Virus record (IMG/VR): IMGVR_UViG_2521172663_000002
Coordinates: 2,936-66,935 of that record
Strand: one strand, 5' to 3'
Length of the DNA: 64,000 bases
DNA from: a virus
Lineage: Duplodnaviria > Caudoviricetes
The position numbers and the translations under genes were made by a program. Positions 27,958 to 37,914 of the stretch are shown here, piece after piece (within the stretch, counting starts at the first letter, position 1; each line of letters starts with the position of its first letter). The notes under the pieces are model-generated. The model was not told the origin of the DNA. It worked only from the letters and a program-made list of their open reading frames with translations, and searched no databases.

Positions 27958-28413
27958 ATGTCTGAAAAGAAAAGCCGTGTCGACAGCGTTGATGAGGCCG
28001 TGAGGATTGCCTCTGCGGCTTCTGAGGATATCCAGTTTCCTGAAAACGTGCCGCTCGACGACGGCGACGTCCCATTTTTCAAGAATGTCATTGCCGAATA
28101 TGCCCGCGCCGATTGGTCGGCGCACCAGCTTGAAATTGCCGCGATGCTTGCCCGCACGATGGCAGACCTAGTGAGGGAGCAAGACCTGCTTCGCACTGAG
28201 GGCTCGGTCGCAGTCACTGAAAAAGGGACGCCCGTAGCCAACCCACGGAAATCCGTAGTCCAGATGCACGCTTCTTCCATCCTTTCGTTTCGCCGATCAC
28301 TGGCGCTGCATGCGCGCGCCGTACAAGGCGAGGCGAGGGACGCGGCCAAGCGGCGAGACCAAGCCAAGGAGATCGAGGCAGGCGCGAGCGTGGATGACGA
28401 ACTCCTAGCCTAA
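27958..28413 (+). CDS. terS: Terminase small subunit
   Basis: EGSV..GTPVANP; position before TerL. Confidence 0.85.
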   Translation: MSEKKSRVDSVDEAVRIASAASEDIQFPENVPLDDGDVPFFKNVIAEYARADWSAHQLEIAAMLARTMADLVREQDLLRTEGSVAVTEKGTPVANPRKSVVQMHASSILSFRRSLALHARAVQGEARDAAKRRDQAKEIEAGASVDDELLA

Positions 28414-28425
28414 TCGAGGTTGTGA

Positions 28426-30069
28426 ATGCTTTCTGAGGCCGTGGTCGGCGCCATCAAGTGCGGCCCGATCCCGGTTCTGCGCGACTGGCGCGGACTGCCG
28501 ACGTCGGAGCTAACGCGCGGCGAGAAGATGTGCCGCTTCATCGAAGAATATTTGGTCGTGCCAGAGGGCGCTCTCGTCGGGCAGCCGATAAGGCTGCTGA
28601 ACTTCCAGGTGGCCTTCATCCTGTCAGTCTATGACAACCCGAACGGCACGTCGCGAGCGTATTTGTCGATCGCACGTAAGAATTCAAAGACGGCTACCAT
28701 TGCTTGCCTCTTGCTCGGCCACGTGATTGGCCCAGAGGCGTTTCCGAACAGCCGTATCATGTCCGGCGCGCGATCCCGCGACCAGGCTGCTGAAGTCTTT
28801 AACTACGCCAGCAAGATGCTGATGATGTCGCCGCGCCTGAAGGGGCTGTATCGCATCGTCCCATCCGGCAAGATGATTGTCGGCTTGCGCAAGAACGTCG
28901 TCTACCGCGCCAGTTCGGCGGAAGCCAAGAGCGCGCACGGCGGTTCGCCACTGGTCGCCATCCTCGACGAGGTTGGCCAGATCAAGGGCCCGCACGACGA
29001 CTTTGTCGAAGCGATCGTCACGTCGCAAGGCGCATACGGCGACAAGGCGATGATCTTCGCTATCTCGACGCAGGCAGCGACTGACGGCGACCTTTTCTCG
29101 CGATGGCTGGATGATGCCGAGACATCAAAAGTACCACGAACGGTTTCGCACCTTTACACGGCTCCGGCTGATTGCGACGTCCTCGACGAGGAAGCGTGGC
29201 AGGCCGCGAACCCTGCGCTTGGCAAGTTCAAGTCCGTTTCATCGGTTCGCGACGACGCTGAGCGCGCGGCTCGTATGCCGACTGAGGAGGCCAGCTTCCG
29301 TTGGCTCCATCTCAACCAAAGGATCGATGCCAATGCACCGTTTGTGTCTCCGGCTATTTGGCGAGCGTGTAACGCTCGAGTTGTGGACTTTGATGGTCTC
29401 CCTGTGTTTGGTGGGCTCGATCTTTCTGAGGTGAGCGACTTGACTGCTCTGGTGCTCATGGCGCCGAAAGAGCAGGACGGAAAGACCACCTGGCACGTAA
29501 AGCCGACGTTCTGGCTGCCCGGCGACGGGATACGCGCGAAGGCAAAGGCCGACCGCGTGCCGTACGATGTGTGGCATAAGGATGGGCATCTCGAAGCCGC
29601 CCCAGGCAGAACCGTCGACTACGAGTTCGTCGCGCATTACCTGCGCGACCGCTTCGAAGAGATGGACATCCGCAAGATTGCGTTCGACCGGTGGAACTTC
29701 CGACATCTGAAGCCATGGCTGCAAAAGGCTGGCTTCACCGACGATCAGCTTGAGGGCGATGATGCTGTATTCCAGCCGTTTGGGCAGGGATTCCAGTCGA
29801 TGTCGCCAGCTCTCCGCGAGCTCGAAAGCATCATCCTCAACGGCAACCTTGCCCACGGCGACCATCCAGTGCTGACGATGTGCATGATGAATGCCACCAT
29901 CAAAGCGGATCCTGCCGGCAATCGAAAGCTCGTCAAACATAACCGCGAACGCCGCATCGACGGCGCAGTCGCCTTGGCAATGGCAACGGCGATGGCCGGA
30001 ACCTACGAGGTCGGCGATAGCGGCGACTTGGACGACTTCGTCAACAATATCATCTCTGTCACCTGGTGA
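28426..30069 (+). CDS. terL: Terminase large subunit
   Basis: IARKNSKT, ILDE, GLDLS, RIDGAVA. Confidence 0.95.
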   Translation: MLSEAVVGAIKCGPIPVLRDWRGLPTSELTRGEKMCRFIEEYLVVPEGALVGQPIRLLNFQVAFILSVYDNPNGTSRAYLSIARKNSKTATIACLLLGHVIGPEAFPNSRIMSGARSRDQAAEVFNYASKMLMMSPRLKGLYRIVPSGKMIVGLRKNVVYRASSAEAKSAHGGSPLVAILDEVGQIKGPHDDFVEAIVTSQGAYGDKAMIFAISTQAATDGDLFSRWLDDAETSKVPRTVSHLYTAPADCDVLDEEAWQAANPALGKFKSVSSVRDDAERAARMPTEEASFRWLHLNQRIDANAPFVSPAIWRACNARVVDFDGLPVFGGLDLSEVSDLTALVLMAPKEQDGKTTWHVKPTFWLPGDGIRAKAKADRVPYDVWHKDGHLEAAPGRTVDYEFVAHYLRDRFEEMDIRKIAFDRWNFRHLKPWLQKAGFTDDQLEGDDAVFQPFGQGFQSMSPALRELESIILNGNLAHGDHPVLTMCMMNATIKADPAGNRKLVKHNRERRIDGAVALAMATAMAGTYEVGDSGDLDDFVNNIISVTW

Positions 30070-30093
30070 CGGGCAACCTAGTGGTGAGGCCTG

Positions 30094-31323
30094 ATGGGCT
30101 TTTTTGAGAGATGGGTCGGAAGGCCTATCAAGCTCACCGACGGCGAGTTCTGGAGAGGCTTCTTTGGCCTTGGCACCACGTCTGGGGAGACAGTCACGAT
30201 TGAGAGCGCCCTTTCGCTCGATGCGGTCTGGGCATGCGTCAACCTCGTGCAGAACGCGGCCGGTACCCTTCCTTGCATCGTTTACGGCGAGGACGGCGTG
30301 ACTGTCGACAAGAACGCTGCGCTTTACGAGCTTCTGCACGACATGCCGAACATGGACGACACTGCGCCAGAGTTCTGGTCGATGGCGGCGATGTGCCTGC
30401 TGCTCGACGGCAATTTCTTCGCCGAAAAGAAGATGAACGGCGAGCGCCTCGTTGCACTTAATCCGCTTCACCCTTTGAACGTGGATGTGTGTCGCTCCAA
30501 AGATGGGCGGAACACGCGCTACTACGAGGTGACGGAAGACGGCAAAAAGCGCCGAGTGCCAGAGGGCAAGATGTTTCACGTCCGCGGCGTCCGTTTGCCT
30601 GGCTGTGATCGCGGCATGTCGCCGATCGGCGTGGTGCGCAATACGGTCGGGAGTGCATTGGCGGGCGAGAAGGTCGCCGGCCGCATGTTCAAGAACGGCC
30701 TGCTTTCTTCGCTCATCGTTAGCTCGGATCAGATTCTGAAGCCTGAGCAGCGCAAGCAGATATCCGACACGCTGACGCAATTCGCCGGTGCCGAGAAGGC
30801 TGGTGGGGTGACGGTATTGGAGGCTGGCTTCAAGCCGTATCCGATGTCGATCAACCCAAAGGATGCTCAATTCCTTGAGGCGAGGCAGTACAGCGTCGAG
30901 CAGATCTGCCGCATTTTCGGCGTTCCTCCCGTGATGATTGGTCACGCGGCAAATGGCACCACGACCTGGGGCAGCGGCATTGAGCAGCTGATCCTCCAAT
31001 TCACTAAAACCTGCATGCGGCCGATGCTCAAGCGCATCGAAGCGGCAATTTATCGTGACTTGCTGGACGCAAAGACGAGGAAGACCACGAAGGTGAAGTT
31101 CAACATGGAAGAACTCTTGCGCGGCGACAGCACGGCGCGAGCAGAATTCCTGTCGAAGATGGTCACGAACGGCATCTACCTCGTCGATGAGGCTCGCTCT
31201 TACGAAGACAAGGCGCCAGTGGACGGCGGCAACAAGGCCATCGTGAACGGCACGATGACGCGCCTCGATACGCTTGGGAAGACCGAAACTCCGGCGCCAA
31301 CGCCAGCAGCGCGCGCTGCATAA
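30094..31323 (+). CDS. HK97 family portal protein
   Basis: AVWACV, LLDGN, DAQFLEAR..ICRIFGVPP. Confidence 0.95.
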   Translation: MGFFERWVGRPIKLTDGEFWRGFFGLGTTSGETVTIESALSLDAVWACVNLVQNAAGTLPCIVYGEDGVTVDKNAALYELLHDMPNMDDTAPEFWSMAAMCLLLDGNFFAEKKMNGERLVALNPLHPLNVDVCRSKDGRNTRYYEVTEDGKKRRVPEGKMFHVRGVRLPGCDRGMSPIGVVRNTVGSALAGEKVAGRMFKNGLLSSLIVSSDQILKPEQRKQISDTLTQFAGAEKAGGVTVLEAGFKPYPMSINPKDAQFLEARQYSVEQICRIFGVPPVMIGHAANGTTTWGSGIEQLILQFTKTCMRPMLKRIEAAIYRDLLDAKTRKTTKVKFNMEELLRGDSTARAEFLSKMVTNGIYLVDEARSYEDKAPVDGGNKAIVNGTMTRLDTLGKTETPAPTPAARAA

Positions 31324-31332
31324 GGGAAAATC

Positions 31333-32451
31333 ATGAAGTTTGAACACCTGATTTCGGTCTTTTTGGCCGAGCCTTGGGCTATTCAGCGCGAAAAACTGGG
31401 CGTTTTGGCTGATGTTTTGGTGGCGCGGGCCGAAGGTGAGAAGCTGTTTTCGTCCGAGTTCGCCGCCTCAATCGACGAGGCCCGAGCGAAGGAAATCGCG
31501 GAATCGACCGGCAGCGTCGCCATAATCCCGGTTTATGGGGTTCTGGCCGATAAAATGGACCTGTTTTCCGCGATGAGCGGCGGCACGTCCTATGCCGGCA
31601 TCAAGAAAGCGCTGCACAAAGCGCTTTCGAACGAGGATATCAAGGCTGTCGTGCTCGACATCGACAGCCCCGGCGGCACGGTGCCCGGCACTGACGAGCT
31701 CGCAACCGAAATTCGCAAGCTACGCGGTGGCGAAAAGCCGATCATTGCGCAGGTCAACAGCCTTGCGGCAAGCGCTGCTTACTGGATTGCGGCGTCGGCC
31801 GACGAAATTGTCGTCACACCTTCCGGCCGTGCTGGTTCGATCGGCGTTTATACCGCCCATGATGACCTGTCGGCTGCCCTTGATCAGCGCGGCATCAAGC
31901 GCACCTACATTTCAGCCGGCAAGCACAAGGTTGAGGGTAACGAGACCGAGCCGCTCGGCAAGGACACGCTGGCCCACGTGCAGGACGGTGTGAACCGCTC
32001 GTACAATCGCTTCGTTGCAGCTGTCGCCGAAGGGCGCGGCGTGACGGTCAGCAAGGTTGAGGATGGCTACGGTCAGGGGCGCGTTTTCTACGCAGAAGCC
32101 CTCATGGACCGCGGCATGGTCGACCGTGTTGCGACGCTTGACGAGACTTTGGCCCGCTACGGCGCCGACGTTGAACCTGCGCCAGTGAGGCGCATCAAAG
32201 CCGCCAACGCTGCGAAGGCTGAGGCAGCGCAGACGCTGGTCGAGAAGATGTCCGCTGGCGAGCAAATCACAAAGCGCGAGTTCGAAAACGGCATCAGGGG
32301 ACTGATGGGGTTGTCGGGCTCTGAGGCAGAGCGGGCCGCTCGGCTCTACCTCAAAGATGGTCAGGGGGCTCCTGACGTCGAGACGGATGCTGCTGCTTTG
32401 GCAGCCATTGAACGGCTTATCGCCGAAGCAAAATCACCACTCATTCGATAA
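31333..32451 (+). CDS. S49 family head maturation protease
   Basis: LDIDSPGG, AASAAYWIAA, GSIGV. Confidence 0.92.
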   Translation: MKFEHLISVFLAEPWAIQREKLGVLADVLVARAEGEKLFSSEFAASIDEARAKEIAESTGSVAIIPVYGVLADKMDLFSAMSGGTSYAGIKKALHKALSNEDIKAVVLDIDSPGGTVPGTDELATEIRKLRGGEKPIIAQVNSLAASAAYWIAASADEIVVTPSGRAGSIGVYTAHDDLSAALDQRGIKRTYISAGKHKVEGNETEPLGKDTLAHVQDGVNRSYNRFVAAVAEGRGVTVSKVEDGYGQGRVFYAEALMDRGMVDRVATLDETLARYGADVEPAPVRRIKAANAAKAEAAQTLVEKMSAGEQITKREFENGIRGLMGLSGSEAERAARLYLKDGQGAPDVETDAAALAAIERLIAEAKSPLIR

Positions 32452-32462
32452 AGGAGCCACTC

Positions 32463-33671
32463 ATGGCTGATAATCAACTTGCCGATAAGATCGGCGAGCT
32501 CGGTACTTCGCTTGCGTCCATCAAGGAGCAGGTGGGCAACCTCGCAACCGACTTTACCACGAAGCTTGCCGCCAACGGCGAAGTTTCGGCGGAGCTGAAG
32601 GAAAAGACTGACAAGGCTCTGTCTGAACTTGGCGACGTTACGACCCGCCTCGGCGAGATGGAGAAGCGAGCCGCTCGAGAAAACGAGATCGGCGAAAACG
32701 AGCAGAAGTCGCTAGGTGACCTCGTCATCGATTCTGCCGAGTTCAAGGCCGGAATGCTCACCGGCGCATCTCGTGGCTCGATTCGCGTGAAGGCCGACCG
32801 CGCTGCCATCACCTCTGCCAATACCACCGTCGGCGCCGGCCGCTCTCAGGGTACGTCTCTGGTTCCCGGCGCGCGTGTTCCTGGCATCTTTGGTCTGCCT
32901 GAGCGCCAGCTGACGATCCGCGACCTGGTTTTGCCCGGCCAGACTGCTTCGAGTTCGATCGAATACGTCAAGGAAACCGGCTACACGAACAACGCTGCAC
33001 CGGTCGCTGAAACGACTGCGAAGCCTTATTCGGATCTGACGTTCGACATGACGTCCGCGCCGGTTCGTACGATCGCGCACCTGTTTAAGGCCTCCCGCCA
33101 GATCCTGGACGACGCGCCAGCGCTTCGCTCCTACATCGACGGCCGCGCTCGCTACGGTTTGCGCTTCGCCGAAGAAAATCAGCTGCTGAATGGCTCTGGC
33201 ACCGGCCAGAACATCCATGGCCTGGTTCCGCAGGCTACCGCGTTCAACCCGGCGTTCGCTGCCGCAGACGAAACCGGCATCGACCGTCTCCGTCTGGCTG
33301 TTCTGCAGGTCGTTCTCGCTGAGTATCCGGCAACCGCGTTCGTTCTGAACCCGATCGACTGGGCGAAGATTGAGCTGACCAAGGACGCCGGCGGCAACTA
33401 CATCATCGGCAACCCGCAGGGCTCGCTCACTCCGACGCTCTGGAACCTACCGGTTGTTTCGACGCAGGCCATGGCCGCAGGCGAGTTCCTCACCGGTGCG
33501 TTCAGCTTCGCAGCCCAGATCTTCGACCGCATGGAAATCGAGGTTCTGCTTTCCAGCGAGAACGTCGACGACTTCGAGAAGAACATGTTCACCATCCGCG
33601 CTGAAGAGCGTCTGGCGTTCGCAGTCTATCGCCCCGAGTCCTTCGTGACTGGCGATGTCGAAGGCGCCTGA
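32463..33671 (+). CDS. HK97 family major capsid protein
   Basis: N-terminal delta-domain coiled coil; ASRQILDD, EENQLLNG, IRAEERL. Confidence 0.95.
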   Translation: MADNQLADKIGELGTSLASIKEQVGNLATDFTTKLAANGEVSAELKEKTDKALSELGDVTTRLGEMEKRAARENEIGENEQKSLGDLVIDSAEFKAGMLTGASRGSIRVKADRAAITSANTTVGAGRSQGTSLVPGARVPGIFGLPERQLTIRDLVLPGQTASSSIEYVKETGYTNNAAPVAETTAKPYSDLTFDMTSAPVRTIAHLFKASRQILDDAPALRSYIDGRARYGLRFAEENQLLNGSGTGQNIHGLVPQATAFNPAFAAADETGIDRLRLAVLQVVLAEYPATAFVLNPIDWAKIELTKDAGGNYIIGNPQGSLTPTLWNLPVVSTQAMAAGEFLTGAFSFAAQIFDRMEIEVLLSSENVDDFEKNMFTIRAEERLAFAVYRPESFVTGDVEGA

Positions 33672-33679
33672 TTAATCTG

Positions 33680-33700
33680 AGGGGAGCTTCGGCTCCCCTT
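33680..33700 (+). terminator. UUCG hairpin after capsid gene
   Basis: aggggagc-ttcg-gctcccct; weak U tract. Confidence 0.55.
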
Positions 33701-33718
33701 CCTTGAAAGGGAGTGAAC

Positions 33719-33985
33719 ATGACCGATTTTCTAGAAGTGAAAGCCAAGCGCACGTTTGCCGTTGGCAAAGAGCTAAAGAGCAAAAAGAGCGATCCATTCA
33801 AGGTCGAGGCGGGCGAGGCGAAGCAGCTCGAAGAGCTGGGCTTGGTAGACATCATCGGCGAGGTTAAGGCTGACGCCTCTGTTGAAGACGACGCCGCGGA
33901 TGAAGCCGCTGACAAGCCGGTGATCTCCTCTGCTCGCTCGACGAAGAAGAAGGACAAACCCGATGCTGTCAACGAAGGTTCGTAA
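33719..33985 (+). CDS. Small head-associated protein
   Basis: RBS; EAKQLEELGLV; post-capsid position. Confidence 0.65.
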   Translation: MTDFLEVKAKRTFAVGKELKSKKSDPFKVEAGEAKQLEELGLVDIIGEVKADASVEDDAADEAADKPVISSARSTKKKDKPDAVNEGS

Positions 33986-34304
33986 GCGCAGGGTCGCATC
34001 CTATATCGGCGCCGGTATCGTCAACGGTATCGGCTCGCCGGTGAATTCTATCGCGCCTGCAATCACGGGCACGGCGCAGGTTGGACAGACGCTAACGTCT
34101 ACCGCCGGCACGTGGACCGGCTCGCCGACCTATGCACGGCAGTGGTTCGCGGCGGGCGTCGCAATCGCTGGAGCGACGGCGGCGACCTATGTTCCGGTCG
34201 TGGGTGACGTCGGCAAGGCCATCACGGTTCGCGTAACCGCCACGAATGCCAAGGGCAGCGTGCCTGTCACAAGCGCGCCGACTGCCGCAGTAGTGGCGGC
34301 CTGA
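33963..34304 (+). CDS. Ig-like decoration protein
   Basis: PAITGTAQVGQTLT..DVGKAITVRVTATN. Confidence 0.7.
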   Translation: MLSTKVRKRRVASYIGAGIVNGIGSPVNSIAPAITGTAQVGQTLTSTAGTWTGSPTYARQWFAAGVAIAGATAATYVPVVGDVGKAITVRVTATNAKGSVPVTSAPTAAVVAA

Positions 34305-34305
34305 T

Positions 34306-34653
34306 ATGGCCATTGTCGATCTCGAAACCGTCAAAAAGCATCTCCGTGTCTTTCATGAAGATGAAGATATGGAGATCGGCCTCTATCGCGACGCCGCTGA
34401 AAGCATCGTTACGCAGCATCTTGATCGCGAAGTCGTAGCCGCAGGCGAAACACCCACGGCCGCCGACGGCATCGCTGCAGCGCCGGCAATCGTGTCGGCA
34501 ATCCTTCTCGTGACCGGCGATCTCTACGAGGTGCGCGAGCCAGACCCGAAGGCAGCGGGCGACGCGGTTCTTCCGCGAGCGGTACGGATGCTTCTGGCTC
34601 CGTGGCGTGTCTGGCGAACAGTTGCGGACGACTATGTGGCTCCGATTCCATGA
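34306..34653 (+). CDS. Head-tail connector (gp6-like)
   Basis: LETVKKHLRV..AILLVTGDLYEVRE. Confidence 0.88.
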   Translation: MAIVDLETVKKHLRVFHEDEDMEIGLYRDAAESIVTQHLDREVVAAGETPTAADGIAAAPAIVSAILLVTGDLYEVREPDPKAAGDAVLPRAVRMLLAPWRVWRTVADDYVAPIP

Positions 34654-34819
34654 ACCGTTCGACTGGCGCCAGCCAGGCTTCACCATCGCCTATCCGCCTG
34701 GCCTCTACAACGTCACGCGCAAATGCGCCGCGGCTGCGATAGCGGCTAAGGCCGCTGAACCCACCAAGGATCGACCGAATGCCAAAACGCAAGAGATCCG
34801 GAGCGGGATCGCTCAGTGA
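34634..34819 (+). CDS. Small hypothetical virion-module protein
   Basis: MWLRFHEPFDW; fills gap in operon. Confidence 0.55.
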   Translation: MWLRFHEPFDWRQPGFTIAYPPGLYNVTRKCAAAAIAAKAAEPTKDRPNAKTQEIRSGIAQ

Positions 34820-35135
34820 GCGCATCGTTTTTGAGGCCGAGGTCGAGGGTGATGACGGGTATGGTGGCGTTGTCGTCGGCTTCGCGGAGCAATTCGTAGA
34901 GCCCGCACGTCTTGAGCCGCGCGTCGGCAGCGAGCCTGTCATCGCAAGCCGCCTTCAGGGCTTGCAGCCCTACACCATGACCGTCCGTAGCAACGAACGC
35001 ACGCGCACCATCACGCCCGCGTGGCAGGCGCGGAATAAGCGGTCTGGCGTGGTCTACGCAATCAAGGCTGCGGTCAACATCGACGAGCGCAATCAGTGGA
35101 TTGAACTGCTGGTGGTGCAGGGGGAAGCTTCGTGA
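34779..35135 (+). CDS. Head closure / head-tail adaptor
   Basis: AGSLSERIVF..DDGYGG. Confidence 0.85.
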   Translation: MPKRKRSGAGSLSERIVFEAEVEGDDGYGGVVVGFAEQFVEPARLEPRVGSEPVIASRLQGLQPYTMTVRSNERTRTITPAWQARNKRSGVVYAIKAAVNIDERNQWIELLVVQGEAS

Positions 35136-35626
35136 TTAAAGCAAAGGTTCTGGGCCGCGAGGCGCTAACGAAAAAGCTCAATCAGGTCGCTCCGCTCGCC
35201 AACAAATACGCCGCCGAAGCGAAGCTACAGATCGCTACCGAGGCCGCCGATAAAATCTCCGACCGGGCGCCGATAAGTAACAGCGCAACGGCTGGTGATT
35301 ACGCCGCCTCGATACAGGGCGGCAAGATTTCTGACAGACCGAGCGCAAAGGCCCTCGTCGGAGCAACAGCCAGCAAGGATCCGGACGCGACCGGAGTTTT
35401 CGCTGCGTGGATTTGGCATTTTTTGGAATTTGGTACGCGGCCGCACAACGTTGCAAAGGGTGGCGGTACGGTTGCAGGCAAGAAGCAGGCGGCCGGCGCA
35501 AAGATGCACCCTGGCACGAGGGCGCAACCGCATATTTTCCCGACATGGCGCGCGTTTAGGGCCATGGCGAAAAAACGTATCAATGATGCCGTCTGGCGAG
35601 GCGTGAGGGAGGCCATGAAAAAGTAA
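35132..35626 (+). CDS. HK97 gp10 family protein
   Basis: HFLEFGT..AQPHIFP. Confidence 0.88.
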   Translation: MIKAKVLGREALTKKLNQVAPLANKYAAEAKLQIATEAADKISDRAPISNSATAGDYAASIQGGKISDRPSAKALVGATASKDPDATGVFAAWIWHFLEFGTRPHNVAKGGGTVAGKKQAAGAKMHPGTRAQPHIFPTWRAFRAMAKKRINDAVWRGVREAMKK

Positions 35627-36036
35627 TGGCTAACCCAGATCTCGAACTCCAGGGCGCCATCGTTGCTAGACTAAAGGCGCGAGCCGGTCTGACGGCGAAG
35701 GTGGCTCAAAGGGTTTACGACAGGCCTCCCACCAACACTCCGTTTCCGTACGTCGAATACGGCGAAAGCCAAGTGATTAGAGATGACGTCGGCTGTCTGA
35801 AGTCGAACCTCATCTACGTGACGATCCACGTTTGGTCGCAATATTCCGGAGGCTTTAAGGAGCTGAAGGAAATCATTCACGAGGTCGTCGAGGCGTTGGA
35901 TGAAGCACCCTTAGTGCTGCCCTCACATCGATTGATATCGATTACGCGGCAAGGCACCCGTCATTTCAAAGACCCGGATGAAGTTACGACGCATGGCGTC
36001 GTCGAATTTGTCGCGCGCGTCGAGACACCGGCCTGA
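35626..36036 (+). CDS. DUF3168 tail terminator
   Basis: LQGAIVARL..VYDRPP..FPYV..IHVWS. Confidence 0.88.
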   Translation: MANPDLELQGAIVARLKARAGLTAKVAQRVYDRPPTNTPFPYVEYGESQVIRDDVGCLKSNLIYVTIHVWSQYSGGFKELKEIIHEVVEALDEAPLVLPSHRLISITRQGTRHFKDPDEVTTHGVVEFVARVETPA

Positions 36037-36070
36037 TTGGCCATTAACCCCTAAATTTTGAGGTTTACTC

Positions 36071-36502
36071 ATGGCCGACGGTCAACAGATTGGTCGTACG
36101 CTGCTCATCCAGATCGGTGACGGCGAAACTCCTGAAGTCTTTTCGAACCTGTGCGGTCTCACGACCCGCAGTTTCAATATGTCCGCCAACGAGGTCGATA
36201 CGACTATCACGGACTGCGTCAATCCGGCGAATACTCCGCAGAAAACGGCAGAGCCCGGCATCAAGAACCGCACGTTTTCCGGTTCAGGCAAGTTCGTGAA
36301 AAGTACTTCGAACACTGCGTTCATGGTCCACGTCAACGACGCCACGAAGTTCACTGCTAAGGTGATCGTTCCCGGTCTTGGTACTTACACCGGCCCTTGG
36401 TTCGTTTCTGAATTCGAGTTCAGCGGCGAGATGGAGGGCAACATGGAATTCACGGCCACGTTCGTTGCTGCTGGCGTTCTGACATTCGTTGCGGAGGTGT
36501 AA
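36071..36502 (+). CDS. Major tail tube protein
   Basis: GRTLLIQIGDG..FSGSG; GTA/TP901-like. Confidence 0.88.
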   Translation: MADGQQIGRTLLIQIGDGETPEVFSNLCGLTTRSFNMSANEVDTTITDCVNPANTPQKTAEPGIKNRTFSGSGKFVKSTSNTAFMVHVNDATKFTAKVIVPGLGTYTGPWFVSEFEFSGEMEGNMEFTATFVAAGVLTFVAEV

Positions 36503-36503
36503 T

Positions 36504-36863
36504 TTGGCCGATGCTGAAAAGCCGTTCCCGCTTGAAGTGAATGGTGCGCGAGGCGAAGTCGGCCTGTTCGTTGGCAAGGTGCCGCTGGTTATCGTTGCGG
36601 AGATGGGCGGTCTTGCCGCTGTGTCTTCGCGCCTTTCCTGCAAGAGCATGTCCGATTTGTTTCTTCGTCTTTCGGGCGTTGAACCGGCCGCTACCGTGGC
36701 AGCTTTAGATCTGCTTACCGTGCGTGGCGACAAGATCGCGGCCATCGGCGCGCTGAAGCTGAAGCACTTCGGCGCCGTGGCCAAGGCGATTTCCGAGGCG
36801 CTGTCTCATCATTTCGATGAGGACGACGAGGGAAACGGGGAAGCCGCTCAAAAGGCGGCATAG
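36504..36863 (+). CDS. Tail assembly chaperone G
   Basis: TTG start after tube gene; NGARGEV. Confidence 0.75.
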   Translation: MADAEKPFPLEVNGARGEVGLFVGKVPLVIVAEMGGLAAVSSRLSCKSMSDLFLRLSGVEPAATVAALDLLTVRGDKIAAIGALKLKHFGAVAKAISEALSHHFDEDDEGNGEAAQKAA

Positions 36864-37063
36864 AAGAACCTTTCCCCTGGCGCGACTGGCAAAAGATCGC
36901 ATTCGGCGGCCTCGGCTGGACCCCAGGAATATTCTGGTCGTCCAGCCTGACCGAGTTCACCCTTGCGGTGAAGGGCAAGGCCGAAGCGAACGGCGGCAAG
37001 AAAGCCGTGGCTCCCCCGTCAGACGCCGAGATGGACGAGTTGATCAAGAAGTATGGTGGTTAG
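36830..37063 (+). CDS. Tail chaperone T segment reached by -1 frameshift
   Basis: G GGA AAC at 36830-36836 in frame; -1 frame open: FPWRDW..LGWTPGIFWSSSLTEF. Confidence 0.8.
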   Translation, partial: GKRGSRSKGGIEEPFPWRDWQKIAFGGLGWTPGIFWSSSLTEFTLAVKGKAEANGGKKAVAPPSDAEMDELIKKYGG

Positions 37064-37064
37064 G

Positions 37065-37397
37065 CTAAGCCGGGTTCGGCTTAGCTGAGCAGTCGACCGC
37101 GGCGAAGGTCGTGTTCTCATGATTCTTCACGCTTTCGCGGTAGACGCTGCATCCGGTAGCCTTTTCGATCGCTTTAGTGTTCCGAACCCAAACCATCGGA
37201 TCGAGCATCAGGAATGACTGGTCTTTTGGATTGTTCGGCATCGCCTTGTAGGAGCCAGCCTTGTTGCCCATGGGGGAGACTGAGAATTCGATGCCGTCAA
37301 TCTCGACGACTTGCCCGTTTGGATAGTACTGCTCCATTTTGGTGCAGCCCGTAAGGACTGCGGCCATTGAGGCCGCCATTGCCATCGCTTTTTTCAT
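37065..37397 (-). CDS. Lipoprotein moron
   Basis: MKK..VLTGC lipobox. Confidence 0.75.
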   Translation of the reverse strand: MKKAMAMAASMAAVLTGCTKMEQYYPNGQVVEIDGIEFSVSPMGNKAGSYKAMPNNPKDQSFLMLDPMVWVRNTKAIEKATGCSVYRESVKNHENTTFAAVDCSAKPNPA

Positions 37398-37414
37398 GGT
37401 ACCCCCCAAAGATA

Positions 37415-37861
37415 TTATGCTGGCTTTAGCTTAACAGCCGTACCCGTCGCCGCGACAAAGAGTATGCCTCCGGTGCCGCCGGTCGTCAGTTGATTGTAAT
37501 CCAGGTCAACAGAGATGACGGCGTCCGCTCCGACCTCATAGGCTTCTGACCTAAGGCCATCCAAACATGCGAGACGTGCCTCTTTTAGTGAGGCTTGGGA
37601 AGCGTTTGCCCGACCACCCACAAAGTCCCGCCAATTGTTGGCCACGTCTTTGTAAATGCTCATGCCCAATGCGGCTTCCGACGCTACTATCGATATGACG
37701 CTCTCAACCTGCCGATTTGGCACGTCGATTGACGTCGTCATGATAATTGACTGCTTTTTTGCGTCGCCATCGCTCTTCGCGAGCACTTCCTCGCAGTCAA
37801 CGCAGTGACCGTCCTTACCGCCCAGATAATAGTCCGAACCGCACCGTTTGCACTTGGGCAT
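37415..37861 (-). CDS. YbjQ/UPF0145 protein with N-terminal Zn ribbon
   Basis: CKRC..CVDC; RDFVGGR..GADAVISVDLDY..ATGTAV. Confidence 0.88.
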   Translation of the reverse strand: MPKCKRCGSDYYLGGKDGHCVDCEEVLAKSDGDAKKQSIIMTTSIDVPNRQVESVISIVASEAALGMSIYKDVANNWRDFVGGRANASQASLKEARLACLDGLRSEAYEVGADAVISVDLDYNQLTTGGTGGILFVAATGTAVKLKPA

Positions 37862-37914
37862 ATCCATCCCTTTCGGCTCGCTCCTGGCGGGCCTTTTCAC
37901 GTTAGGACACCGAC

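Noticed and set aside
29239-31347. 702-aa minus-strand ORF
   Set aside because: Antisense shadow of terL/portal with no recognisable motifs.
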